Part shown: positions 1-11,357 of the stretch, one piece after another
How the letters are laid out: every line of letters starts with the position of its first letter
How positions within the stretch are numbered: position 1 is the first letter of the stretch
Origin: Nemertoderma westbladi
Lineage: Eukaryota > Animalia > Xenacoelomorpha
DNA: 42,388 bases
Assembly (NCBI GenBank): GCA_032718475.1
Contig: JAUCBJ010001954.1
Location: forward strand, 1 to 42,388
Reading direction: 5' to 3'
Made by a program: the position numbers and the translations under genes
The notes under the pieces: model-generated
The model's input: the letters and a program-made list of their open reading frames with translations, nothing else
Database searches by the model: none
Told to the model about the DNA's origin: nothing

Positions 1-6
1 TCTCAC

Positions 7-399
7 TTGCCCTGGAACTACGGGGACATTTCTCAAGATGACTTTAAAAAATATATGAAGAGACATTTAAAATATAAAAAAAATATTCATGTATTTGGGT
101 TGCTGAAACGGGCAATATTAGTTTCCCAACTCGATGTTCTCGAACCAAATTTGGTGGAGAAATTGGGAATATATAAGCAATATCACGATTATTTAACACC
201 TTGTCGATTTCACGACCGATTCACTACAATGGAAAGTAAATGCGCGTTCCACTTAAACATAAGGGATAACTGTCTGCGATACTGCTCAGCAAAACGTGTT
301 GGCGGGTATGAGGCTCTACACTTTTTCATGAGAAACCGTTTAACTGCGACTGATGATGATAAACAGAAAGAAATAACTGCAGTGGAAGATGTACTGTAG
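7..399 (+). CDS. Hypothetical protein, probably the C-terminal part of a gene starting left of the window (likely element-encoded)
   Basis: 130-codon open frame from the window edge with protein-like composition, followed by AATAAA signals at ~455-468. No recognisable motif. Confidence 0.45.
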   Translation: MPWNYGDISQDDFKKYMKRHLKYKKNIHVFGLLKRAILVSQLDVLEPNLVEKLGIYKQYHDYLTPCRFHDRFTTMESKCAFHLNIRDNCLRYCSAKRVGGYEALHFFMRNRLTATDDDKQKEITAVEDVL

Positions 400-526
400 G
401 TTTACTCTAAGCATGTAATGTAATGTGATGGGATAATATAATTGTTTTAATGTCAATAAAAATAATAAAAACATTAAAATCTATTTTTTTTATATCTCAG
501 TTTGACTAAAGGTGTAGGACTTAAGT

Positions 527-550
527 TTACACACACACATACACACACCC

Positions 551-595
<45 letters not shown>

Positions 596-599
596 ACAC
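527..599. repeat. (CA)n microsatellite, imperfect
   Basis: Directly visible CACACA run with a few interruptions. Confidence 0.95.
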
Positions 600-1548
600 C
601 CTGCACCTACCGGTAGCCGGCGGTTGTATCAGAGTTTAACTACATATGCCAACAACGTTAAACTGTAGAATGACAGAATGGCCCCCGACAGCAACCACAG
701 AGCTTTAGCGTTACCGGTACCGTACTTACTAATAATAAAATTAAATTAAGTCGACATGTGGGTTCGTGAATACAGCATTAGAGGAGGCCTACCTAACAAT
801 AGGCCTACTGGTACCGGCACGGTAGCACTCTTGTATCTGTATACTTGGATAGCGCAAGAGCATGCTGGTTTCTTTGATTTAAGGATTAGGCTATTACACT
901 TGAATGCTTCCAATTTTCTGTTTACAACTTTAATTGGTCTAATCTACATTACTGCGTGCTACTGTTGCATAGGTAAGCCTATACAGCTATAGTTAACTTT
1001 ATGCGGGGCCCTTTTTCGCATGTTGACCCAATATGGTTTACGGATAGGTAAGGTACACCTTCATTCAGTTAGGCATATAGGCCTAATGACTACTCCTCAA
1101 CTGAAAGCTGACTACCTCACAGACACAATAGGTGTAGTTAGGTACCGGTAGCGCTATTGGACCTATAAAATCCCCTCACACTCTCTGTTACTAACTTTCA
1201 ACATTCACTTTATGTTGTATGCTATACCGTTAACTTTTAGTCAGGAACCCCATCATTCAACCAGTCATATAATGGCTCCACACGGATACAATAGGTGTGG
1301 CCCGCAGTATACCTAACTAAGCCTATATAAAATCCACCACATTCTCTGTTACTAACATTCACTCTATGTTGACGGAGGCCTATATAAAACATAGTTAATT
1401 TATTTATGTATTCGCTTTTTTTTTTTTTAATTATATATAAAATAGATTCGGTCTACTAAGTTTTATAAGCAACAATAACTGATAGGCCTAACAATAACAA
1501 TAACAATAACAACAACCCTAAATTTATTACTGTATTAGGCTATACCTT

Positions 1549-1971
1549 TTATAGTCCTATATGCGGGTCACTCTGTAGAGTTTCCTCCCTTGCCGGTACC
1601 TGTAAATGGTTGTTTATAGGCTGGCTAACTTCTACCGGTCTTTGTGTTGGTATATTGAAGTTAAGCGAGTCATCAACATCATTCTCCCAATTTTCGCAAG
1701 AGGGTGAGCTTCCCGATATTCGCGATGGTTGTATTTTTATAACAAGCGAGAAATCTTTTGAAATTTCAAGCGTTGTAGGCGATAAATGTAGACCACCTAC
1801 TTGACCTACTCCATATTCCATCGAAGTAAACCCGATCTCAAATTTTTTGTTTATATATCGCAACTCCTTCTCAGCAATATTGGATGCTGTGAGATATGTT
1901 TCGTCGCTTGATTGCAATTCGATTTTGATACAACTCGTCAACTCACGGTTATTGAAAAAGGCGAATGTCAT
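1549..1971 (-). CDS. Hypothetical protein (140 aa), probably element-encoded
   Basis: ATG-started ORF co-oriented with the pPolB/TBP genes; globular-looking N-terminal half and low-complexity tail; no motif recognised. Confidence 0.45.
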   Translation of the reverse strand: MTFAFFNNRELTSCIKIELQSSDETYLTASNIAEKELRYINKKFEIGFTSMEYGVGQVGGLHLSPTTLEISKDFSLVIKIQPSRISGSSPSCENWENDVDDSLNFNIPTQRPVEVSQPINNHLQVPAREETLQSDPHIGL

Positions 1972-2655
1972 GTTCGTATTGAGGTAAGTTATCGTTGTCG
2001 TAGTAACTAGGCACCGGAAAGAGTATCTTTAAATTGAATAGGTAGGCCTACTGATATTTTTTTCTTCTTTTGTTTAACAAAATTATAGTTCACTGTCAGA
2101 AAAATTGAGTTTATATATATTTTTGTAGAGGGTCGCAGATGTGTACATTACAAAATTCTCATAGTTAACAAAATGCATAACATAAACCTTTCCCATGCGG
2201 ATTAGCGATATATGCTCTGGTCGTTGTTCTATTCTGAATGTAGGGAGATGCATAGCGGATGTTTTAATGATATGTACCGGTATACAGACTAGTAACAGAT
2301 AGGATGGCATCGTCTTTGACTATGAATATCAGCACATACCCCTAATCTTTTCTCACCGAGCTTAGCGTTGCCTGCTGTACACACGCACACTCATAAGTAA
2401 CAGATGCGCTATTGTGGCTCACTCATGAGCAACAATGCTAAGTTAGCTAGCCGCGGCTGCTGAGTATACTATGCCTACTTGAGTGTTACAAGAAACAATC
2501 GCTCTACTGAAATTAATTTCCCTCCTCAAACTAGTTGTTGATTTTAAAAAAATATTCATAAATTTCTTCTCCCTTCAATTTAATATATATATTTTACAGT
2601 AAAAATCTCCACCACCAAACAGCAACAACAACAATAAATTTCACTCGTACCTGTA

Positions 2656-3237
2656 CTAATTATATTTTACATCAAAAACCCCCACACCAAACAATAATAA
2701 ATTATTAACCAGCTTGTTGAAAATAGGATAATATATATGAAATTTAAACGGGGAACACATTAATGTACATTTACCAGTGTAGAAACAGCAAACAACAACA
2801 ATATTATTTATTCTGACTTTACAGTTATTGAATATTTCAGGGTCGTATGAAATTTCTAGTTTAACATTATCAAATATAACATAAAACCCGATATTATTTA
2901 TAAGTAACCTATAAATTACAGTATCGATACTAAAAATATAAGTACACAAATTGATTGATTTAAAAATCAAATTAATGTTTGTTTTTTCTAATATATGTTT
3001 TTTCACTTTATTAAAATTATATTTTCTACCGAGAATTGTTATTCGTCCGTTTCTAAACATTAATATGGTTGCACCAAATACCTTATATATAAACTGATTA
3101 GGTTTGAGTACAATTTTACCATTCAATTGCTTTTTTAATTCTTTCAAATTAAGTCCATAAATAATCTGCTTACAACTTATATTTTTATTTACTATTTGAT
3201 AATTCATCATCAACACTGTCGTCTTTTGGTTCTTCAT
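2656..3237 (-). CDS. Divergent TATA-binding-protein (TBP)-like protein
   Basis: Two-repeat TBP pattern: YQIVN...LNLKEL...KPNQF...ATILMFRNGRITILG, then SINL...ISYDPEIFN...VVCCFYTGKCTL (cf. TBP SYEPELFPG / LIFxSGKxVxTG). Intact and intronless. The true start may be MMNYQ near 3210. It overlaps the pPolB stop. Confidence 0.75.
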   Translation of the reverse strand: MKNQKTTVLMMNYQIVNKNISCKQIIYGLNLKELKKQLNGKIVLKPNQFIYKVFGATILMFRNGRITILGRKYNFNKVKKHILEKTNINLIFKSINLCTYIFSIDTVIYRLLINNIGFYVIFDNVKLEISYDPEIFNNCKVRINNIVVVCCFYTGKCTLMCSPFKFHIYYPIFNKLVNNLLLFGVGVFDVKYN

Positions 3238-6200
3238 AAATTGGTATATTTGATATTTTTATAGGTTTTTTGAGGTTTGTTTTATAGTGCCCCCAAGGAA
3301 GCGATTGATTTTTATTAACCCAATAAAGTTTATCGTCAAAGCTACTGAGTGCAAATTTATTTTGCTTTAAGGTATAAATACGATGTAATTTAGATTAAAA
3401 TCTGTGTATGTTTTTTTTTATTTCTTCATTTGAGTTATATGCTTTTAAATATTCTTCATGTGTAATATTCGTTTCCACAACAGCTCTTGTAATACCTTTT
3501 GCTCTACGAATATTTTTATTATTCCATTCCAAAATTGAATATAATTTTGGTCTTAAAAATACTGCTTGTTTAATTTCACGTGAGGCTAGTTCGTCTTTAC
3601 AGTAATAGAGTCTGGATTTATTTTTATCGCTGTAGAGAGGGTGATCCTTAGGGTAATTGGAAGTATCTAAAATATTATTTTTAATTAATGCTTTTAAAAA
3701 ATTATTCTGCGATGTATTATAATAACAACCTATCAAAGAGTCAGTGTCTGATGCAGCAATTTCAATACGGCAGTTTAATTCTTTCTCAATAGGTAGCAAT
3801 TTATTGTAAAACAGCTCATACATATCCAATTTAGCCAAGTCCAACACAGCGCTACCAATAAATATAGGCTTATCGAGAGTTACAGAGTCTTTCACTAATA
3901 AATGTCCCGATAGTGTATTATTGTATATTATAAATTGTTCATGATTAATACGATTTACCAATTGATCGCATTTATCGTTGCTATTTGCGATACGAAAGTT
4001 ACATCGATCTCTTATCTTTTCTATTGTTTTACCAAACAGAGAATTATTGAGCAATTTCGCGACAGCAGTTTCAATGTAACTTTTTGCTAGGCGCCTTTGA
4101 TTAATATTAAAATCTATGTAATTTTTAAATACAAATTCTTGTTGAAAAGAATATAATTTATGGAGCTTAGTAACAATTAATCCATGTTTTATATAAAATT
4201 TTAACAGTTTCAAATGTAAATGATAAAACTCTTTATCAAATTGCGTCAGCAAGAGTTTTGGTGTAGACATCCTCTATTTACGGGAGGTACCTCTTTGTAT
4301 CGATAAATTATTAAATTGTTCCCGCATATAAGGCGAAAGCATTGTTTCATTTATACTTAAATGCTCAGGGGCTAACGGTAATTGTAATGTTTGATCGTGA
4401 ATAGCCATGGGATAATTTAAATCACATATTAAAAAATATCCAGTAGATCCATCAATGTCTAAATTTACCAAGTACTCGATTAGTTTTTCAGGTATTGCAT
4501 TCTCTAAATGTTTAATACTTACTTCTTTGAATTGCGAGGTGGGTAGTTTTTTACTTAAATTCCCAGAATATAAAGAGTTGAAATCAATATTAAAAATATG
4601 GCATTCTTCCTTAGTAGAATCATATGTGCTTGTTCCGGGTATATTTGATTCTATATAATGCTTTCGACAAAATGAAACACCACCCCTAATTGATTTTTCA
4701 AAATCTCTATATGTCTGATAATCCTTTATTAATTCTATTTTACATTTATTATATTTTAGTGCACAATCATAGGTAAATGACGCAATACTACAGTAAAAAA
4801 CCACTTCTAAATCGTAATTTTGTTTACAAACATTCCTAAAATTCTCAAATATATCAGCAAGCAAACAAACATCGAGTTTTAAATAGGCTAAAAGATAATC
4901 TTTGAGATTCACACAGTCGAATTCTACCCATGATAATTCTGCAAACCTATAATCTTCAATTGCGCATGTTTTTTGTGTTAAGTTACTAAAAAAATTATTT
5001 ATAGACGGCAAACCAGTATCATTAAATTTATTAATATCTGTCAAGTACTCGTATGGAAATACACCTTTCCGTTTAATTGTTGAGTTATTCAAGTTTGGAT
5101 AAAAATATTTCATTTCTTGTAGAGTAATAGGTAAAATTGAGCTTATATCATGACTCGCTACATCCTTTGTTGAACACTCAACTAAATTAGTTAAAGAAAA
5201 GCTTAAAAATTGATATGTGTCCAAGAAACGTAACTCAATTTTTTTAGAAGTGTTTTTAATTGGGATAAATGCACTCAGTGAAATATATCGTTCTGTATTT
5301 CTCGGTATAACCTTTATATCCCAATCTGTGTATTTCTTATCTCTAAATCCAGTTTGTAATATACAATGTATATCGTAGTTGTTGGAATTATGCCCGCAAA
5401 GTACATACAGGTATCGTTTCAATGATAAACTTCGGTTACAGCTATTACATGCTGCTGCAATATATTTACCTGTGATATGTGAATGATGTCTGTTTTTCCC
5501 CACATTATTATTTAAAGTAACATTACAATAAAAACAAAATTTTGCTTGTTGAAAATTTACAAAATCAATATTAGTAAATGACATAGTTTTATGTGTGTAT
5601 ATGTCTGACCAACAACATAATTCAGTTAAATCAGTATATAATGAATCTAAGAAATCTTGAATACAATTATTATTATTTGATTTTACGAATGTTTTCAAAT
5701 GACATTTTGGTGGGTCAATTAATTCAGTATTGGGAACAATTAAATAACTCACAGCACACGGTATATGTTCCTGTATAAATTGATTATTAACTGAAGGTTG
5801 TAAGATACATTCTATATCAAAGTAGGTGACAAACAATGGGGATAAGGTTCTATCTAAATTTGTAAAACTAATGTGTGTTCTTTTTTTATTAGGTAGTTTC
5901 TCGCGTTGACTTCTTCCTTGGTAGCAGACGAGACGGTGTCGATGAAGAACTTCCGCTCGAAAAAAATGAGTCAAACACCTTTCACAAAATTGCCTACCTC
6001 GAGTATGAAGAGCTCTCGTATTCAGCAATCGATTCAAGTTAGTTATGCAAACATAATGATTCTGTTTAGGTACATTGTTATTTTTTACTACAAGTAATAT
6101 ATTTAATAACTGTTTATCAGGTGTAATTTTACTAAACGGCGGTTGTCTTAATATAGATACAGGGGAGCGTTTGTTATCATTATTCCAACATAGTAAATTA

Positions 6201-7251
6201 ATTATATATTTTGAATTTTGTTTTTCAAAAAGTTTAATCGCTAACAGCCTAACAGCCACTCTGTTGGATAATCTTTGTTCCCATTGTCAAAAATGAAATG
6301 ACTCATATAATTTTTGTACGATGAAGTACGGTTTTTGTGATCTTTCACTTTGCTACCAAATTTTGCGGATATAATTGCCCATTTAAAACAGTCATTATCA
6401 GCCGATTGTACATTTATAACACATCGTTTACCTGATAGAGCCTTAGGTAATTCCATATATCCATGCCCCTTATATAGTAACGACCTACACTTAGATTCAG
6501 CTAATTTAATTTCAACCCTTAATAAAGATTTAATACGCCACCCGGAACCACGTGTGTTAAAGATGGCTATTTTTTGTAATATATTTCCCGTCACATACTC
6601 AAACCATGTGTCAAAACTTTCTGATGAATCTACAGTATTAATAGCACCACCGGAAGAATTAAAATAAAAGGTTTCCAATTGCTCACCTTGTGAAAAATGT
6701 GATCTGTACATTAATACATTTAGACCTAACCACAGTCTAAGAACATTCATTTCTTTCAATCTATCTAATATTAACTGAAGAATATTACCTCGAATTTGCG
6801 TTAATGCTGTTTCTACATCGGGATAATCTCTAGAAGTTGGGAGGTCGTGGACATAAATTTCAAGACGATTATCGTGAGCTTCTTGTTCCCGCGTAAAAAT
6901 TGTTGCGCATGTACCAAGAGCCACCCTTAAGTTTTTTCTGGATATTATATTTTCATGTTGCGAAAATTTACGCTTTCTTGTGTAGTAACATTTCAAGTGA
7001 CAGTCGTGTCGTATATAATTCTCATATGTATACTCTTTATTACAGGTAGAACAAGTCAATTGATAGGTGCGGAACTCCATTTCTTTACAACCAGTAGTTG
7101 TAAAATGTCGTTTACAAATTTCGCTGCATGAAGTCACGACATGACACTTTAAACAAGAATAACCTTCAAAATGTGTCCATAGGTGGCGTAAATAATTATG
7201 TCTAGTTATATTCATATGACAGAATGAACAACATATTGTTATTTTATCCAT
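3185..7251 (-). pseudogene. Protein-primed family B DNA polymerase (pPolB), Polinton type, disrupted
   Basis: ORFs 6241-7251, 4274-6259, 3395-4270 and the tail to 3185 join into one protein. Motifs: N-terminal C2H2-like fingers, GSGW...LP...INV...CFKW, ExoI YFDIE, ExoII HNSNNYD, RKGVFPYEY, ExoIII YLKLDV, motif A DFNSLY, motif B KLLNNSLFGK, motif C SDTDS, LRPKLYS, AKGI, C-terminal ALSSFDDK...LPWGHY. Lesions: 8-bp duplication at 6241-6256 (frameshift), in-frame TAG at 4274-4276, in-frame TAA at 3395-3397. Confidence 0.93.
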
Positions 7252-7395
7252 GTTGAAGTTTGTTTAGATAAATAATAATAATAATAATAATAATAAAATA
7301 TCTCCAAAGATTAAAATAAAATGAAATGAAATGATATTGACTATATCTAAACATTTATATGCTAGCGGGTGAAATAATTTTAAATCAATCACCAA

Positions 7396-8632
7396 TCACC
7401 AATCGCTTATGGGTATTGGAAACCCCAAAGGGTTTAACTTATGATCAGGTTTCCATGTAACCTCATCTACTGGAACTCGGTTAACAGCACATTTCTGTTT
7501 CTTTGCAGGTGATGCGTTGGTAAATTTACTCGATGATCTTGGCTTCCGAGGTAATATTTCAGGAAAGACCTGTTGCGGTTGAGAGCAACTCTCTTCAACA
7601 TCCGGATTAGGTGATGGGATCTCTACGAATGCTTTAGGTTTATCCAAAAGGACAAAACCGTCAACATGGGCTTCAGTAAGAGAAACGCCATCCATCGATT
7701 CTTTGAGAAAACTAATATGGGCTTTATCATTCATGTAATGCAACTCGATAGAATTTCCACCAGTACCTACTTCAGTAGAATTATCGGTGTTGGTGATAAT
7801 AATTTTTTTATTATTGGTTTTAATCATTTTGAGACGGTTTGATAGTTGAATGATATTTTTATCAGAAAGATGCTTGTCTGTTTCATCGACTTGGTTGTCC
7901 CACTCTCGCAACAAAACGGTTAGTTCCTGTTTTGACAAATTGAAACCTGTATAATAGTTAAAACCAACACTATCAACGTATCTGTGGCTGATTTTCCATA
8001 AGCCGACATAGTTGGTTCCTTTAAAAGCTGTTACAAATCCAATAAACTCTGGATTTGATAATTCAATGTAGAATTGATCGCTAATAATCTCTAGCGGTGG
8101 AGAGAGAAATTGCAATAATTTCCCTCTGTATTGAATTAGAACTTCAGTAAAAGCTTTGTTGAGAACTTTACATTTGCCTTGTTTCTGAACGTAAACATCA
8201 CCCGATGTGGGGTTGATGGAAATATTCAAATTTCCCCGCGCAAAACGAAGAGAGAAATTGCAATAATTTCCCTCTGTATTGAATTAGAACTTCAGTAAAA
8301 GCTTTGTTGAGAACTTTACATTTGCCTTGTTTCTGAACGTAAACATCACCCGATGTGGGGTTGATGGAAATATTCAAATTTCCCCGCGCAAAACGAGGAG
8401 TGGGATATATCCTACCTGGTATAATTGCTGGTCTGGATTGATGTTGGTTGTTGTTGTTGGTTGTTTCTAGAATGTCTAACAAATAGCGGGTATCTTGATG
8501 GGAAAAACAAATTGATTCGTTGTCCTCCTGAGATTCCACAATAAAATACTTGCTGTGAACGACGGTACAAGTATATTTATTGTAAGTAAATTTCCAGCTA
8601 TTTGTTGCTCCGGTTTTTTGCGTTAAGGCCAT
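7396..8632 (-). pseudogene. PC4-like (ssDNA-binding/coactivator fold) protein, ~362 aa, split by a 148-bp tandem duplication
   Basis: Removing one copy of 8101-8248/8249-8396 fuses ORFs 8198-8632 and 7396-8229 into a 1089-nt frame. The segment FVTAFKGTNYVGLWK...TGFNLSKQELTVL parallels PC4 VRDFKGKVLIDIREY...KGISLNPEQWSQL. A second weaker copy is present (AHISFLKESMDGVSLT). Confidence 0.55.
8101..8396. repeat. 148-bp tandem duplication
   Basis: 8101-8248 is repeated apparently identically at 8249-8396. Confidence 0.92.
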
Positions 8633-8694
8633 AATAATAATAATAATAAATACGAAAAATATTACAAGTGATAAATTTTAAACCGTATCGCTGT

Positions 8695-8952
8695 AATAAA
8701 TTGACACCATAGTTCTCACTCTAAAATTGTGATGTAAAACAATAGAGAAGATAAGGGATCGCTTTTCTCATTGCTATTAGTAATACAGCGACCTCGTATC
8801 TTCTCTATTGTTTTACAACTCCAAGGTCGGAATCAGTATCATTTTATGTGGTGTCGTTTTCCGACCATCGAATATACAACGAATAAGATAATGTAGAAAT
8901 TATTAAGGAAATAACACAATTTCAGAGTGAGAACAAAAGTATCAATATATTA
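8695..8952. other. Nested inverted repeats (multi-stem structure) upstream of the PC4-like gene
   Basis: Perfect 21-bp arms 8733-8753/8797-8817; 19/20 arms 8712-8731/8915-8934; 8-bp arms 8825-8832/8859-8866. Confidence 0.8.
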
Positions 8953-10619
8953 CCATGAAGATTACTACAAGTGATGAATTTTATTAAAAACATTCAGTTT
9001 ATATAAATTTGCGATGTGGCACGTAGTCAACGAAGAAGATGTGGGACGTGTCATAATCATTGACGAATAAGAAAAGAGATGTGATGCAACGTGGATGAAT
9101 GGTTGGTTGCTTGCATGGATAGGAAATACGTGAAAGAATATGAATCATAGGGTTGTGTATAATAATCAATAATTATTATAATAAAAACGCACAGTATAAT
9201 GTTAGCAGTGGTAGCCTTTCAATATGGCACAGATGCTGTGGGATTGGTTAGGTTGAGTAACTATGGAAATGTTCGTATACGTGTAGCCGGAACGTGGCGG
9301 AATTTCACGTATCATAGTGGTGGACTGGTGACGGCTGTCGAAGAGTAGCACTAACTAACGGTAGGTTAAATCGTTGAGTTGGCAATCGATATAATATATG
9401 CGTGTAGTTGGTGGCCACGTCGCCATCATATACAGTATACAGCGGTGATGATGCGGTGAAAAGGTGAATAACATTAGGGTTAGTTAGTCAGTAGTCGAGT
9501 TAGGCTACGCTACGCTACGATTGGTTGATGGCAACTGCCGATCGATGGATGGTGGTGACAGATGTGGCCCGCGTCGCAATTTAGCACCAGAATTTGGCAT
9601 TTTTTAATTGCCTCCGAACGAAATGTGCATAGCCCAGGCTTAGGGAGGACTTCTGCGAGGGCCATGCTTTATCTACTACTCTAGTTACAGGACCAGATTT
9701 GCCCTAGTAAGAGGGTCTATGCAGCTACAGGTGACACCTCCTTTATGCTGCATGGAGGTGGCAAGTTTTCTTGATCAATGACCTAGAATACCTGACCTGA
9801 CCATTGATACTTCAACCTGGCGGTTGAAGTTTTCTGTGCGTTCGGTTCGGTAAGAGCGATATTGCTCTAATGCTGTAGGGTTGAATAGCGTGGGGTTTAC
9901 GATAAGGAGATCTTCAATGAATGTTTATAAATATAAATATATAATAATAATATTAATATATAATTATAAATATAAATAATGTTAGTAATACGGCTTTGTT
10001 TTTTTTTAAATAATGCCTGCTACTTAACCTTTTTATATCATCTGCCCGGAAATATACATGGAAATTCATTATTTTTAATATTGTAAAACTACTCTGCACT
10101 AGAAAAAAACGATGTTGTACTTAAACTTAAATTTGTTTAATTTTACTAGCACCTTGTGAATATCCGTCACCATCAGAATTTCCACTTAATTAACCCACTT
10201 TACTTACCTAATTTTAATTTATTTTACTTATCCTTATTTTTAATTTTGCCAACCTTTTACTTGTACGTAATTAGCCAATCATTGGCTACAATTAATTGTG
10301 ACATTGCATGCAATTCCAAATATTTATTTTTAATGATTATTTTTAGTTGATGGTGTATGAAATTAACCCTAGACCTGTTGCAATCTGCTATCGTACGTGC
10401 AGTAGATCCATTTGCACATATCGTACTTTACCCCATTATTTTTTAGAGGACCCCCAGGGAGATGAGGCTAAGCCTCATGGGGCTATCCTACGAGACATAT
10501 TTGCCGTTTTATACCATACCGGTAACATAACTACATTATTTTATTTATCTTATCAATAGTACATTTACCGGTATAATCCATTTGGTTGTTGTATTACAGT
10601 TACAGTATTACTTATTTTC

Positions 10620-11357
10620 TCAATAAACCAACCAATACCAACTGCAACTCGCGATTCGAAGTCGAAACAACGACCAGGGTCTCAGATTGTATATTGGCGC
10701 TGGCGCTGCTCTACGAGACAATGTAAACGATGTAAGAAGGGTTACCATCCAGCGAAAGTCTGGTGCATTCCGCGGACTGTGCGGGAAACTAGACCACCCA
10801 CCAGACGTCCATTGCACTCGCGTACATGGCAGCATGGTCTGCCAAGGGTTACAAGGGTCCAGATCGCCTGGGAACTGCGGTTGTGTTTGCCAACAACCAC
10901 AGACTATATTAACTACGGGTACGTCACAGAGATAGTTGCCTTATCCAACAACAAACAAGGTTAACTACGAGGCGTCGAAAGGGACATTCAACAACTTCCA
11001 AGTGGATGAAATGAGACTGCAGTAAGCAAACGCAAGTACCATCTCGGTAAACGAATGTGCAGGAGTCGGGTGTACTCAGTGGTTATCCACAGCAGTGCAG
11101 GTTTCTCCAAGCAAGAAGGCACATAAGATGTTTGTCCAGACAGCCAGACAGTCCCAGATCGTACTGGACCAGTACCGCGCGATCCTATCCGTCATCTGGC
11201 AGCGCGCAATGCTATTGTCACCACCGATGCCCATAAGAGTTACCATACCATTGTCAGAGGCGTCCGAAAATATGTCGACCATAGAATTGTCAATCACTCG
11301 GGGAATCCAGGCGCTTCCAAGTTTGTGACAGATAGTCGTATTCATACCAATCATATT
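10620..11357 (+). pseudogene. Merlin/IS1595 (ISXO2-like) DDE transposase relic
   Basis: Across shifting frames: WRWRCSTRQC zinc ribbon, FQVDE (~11000), KRKYHLG, VPDRT, IVTTDAHKSY (~11225), HRIVNHS, IHTNHI (~11345). This is the ISXO2 motif order. Multiple frameshifts and stops. Confidence 0.75.

Larger units (their letters stand above)
1..9680. mobile_element. Polinton/Maverick-like (adintovirus-like) endogenous element, right-hand portion, decayed
   Basis: Intronless, AT-rich, tightly packed minus-strand ORFs including a protein-primed PolB. Candidate terminus ...ATCTACTACT at 9671-9680 reads AGTAGTAGAT on the minus strand, resembling Polinton AGTAGT termini. The left end, integrase and capsid genes are not visible in the window, so the boundaries are inferred. 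Confidence 0.7.

Noticed and set aside
3395-7251. Three separate genes, or programmed readthrough/alternative genetic code in the polymerase
   Set aside because: The pieces are consecutive parts of one pPolB. The lesions are heterogeneous (TAG, TAA, 8-bp duplication), which fits decay rather than recoding.
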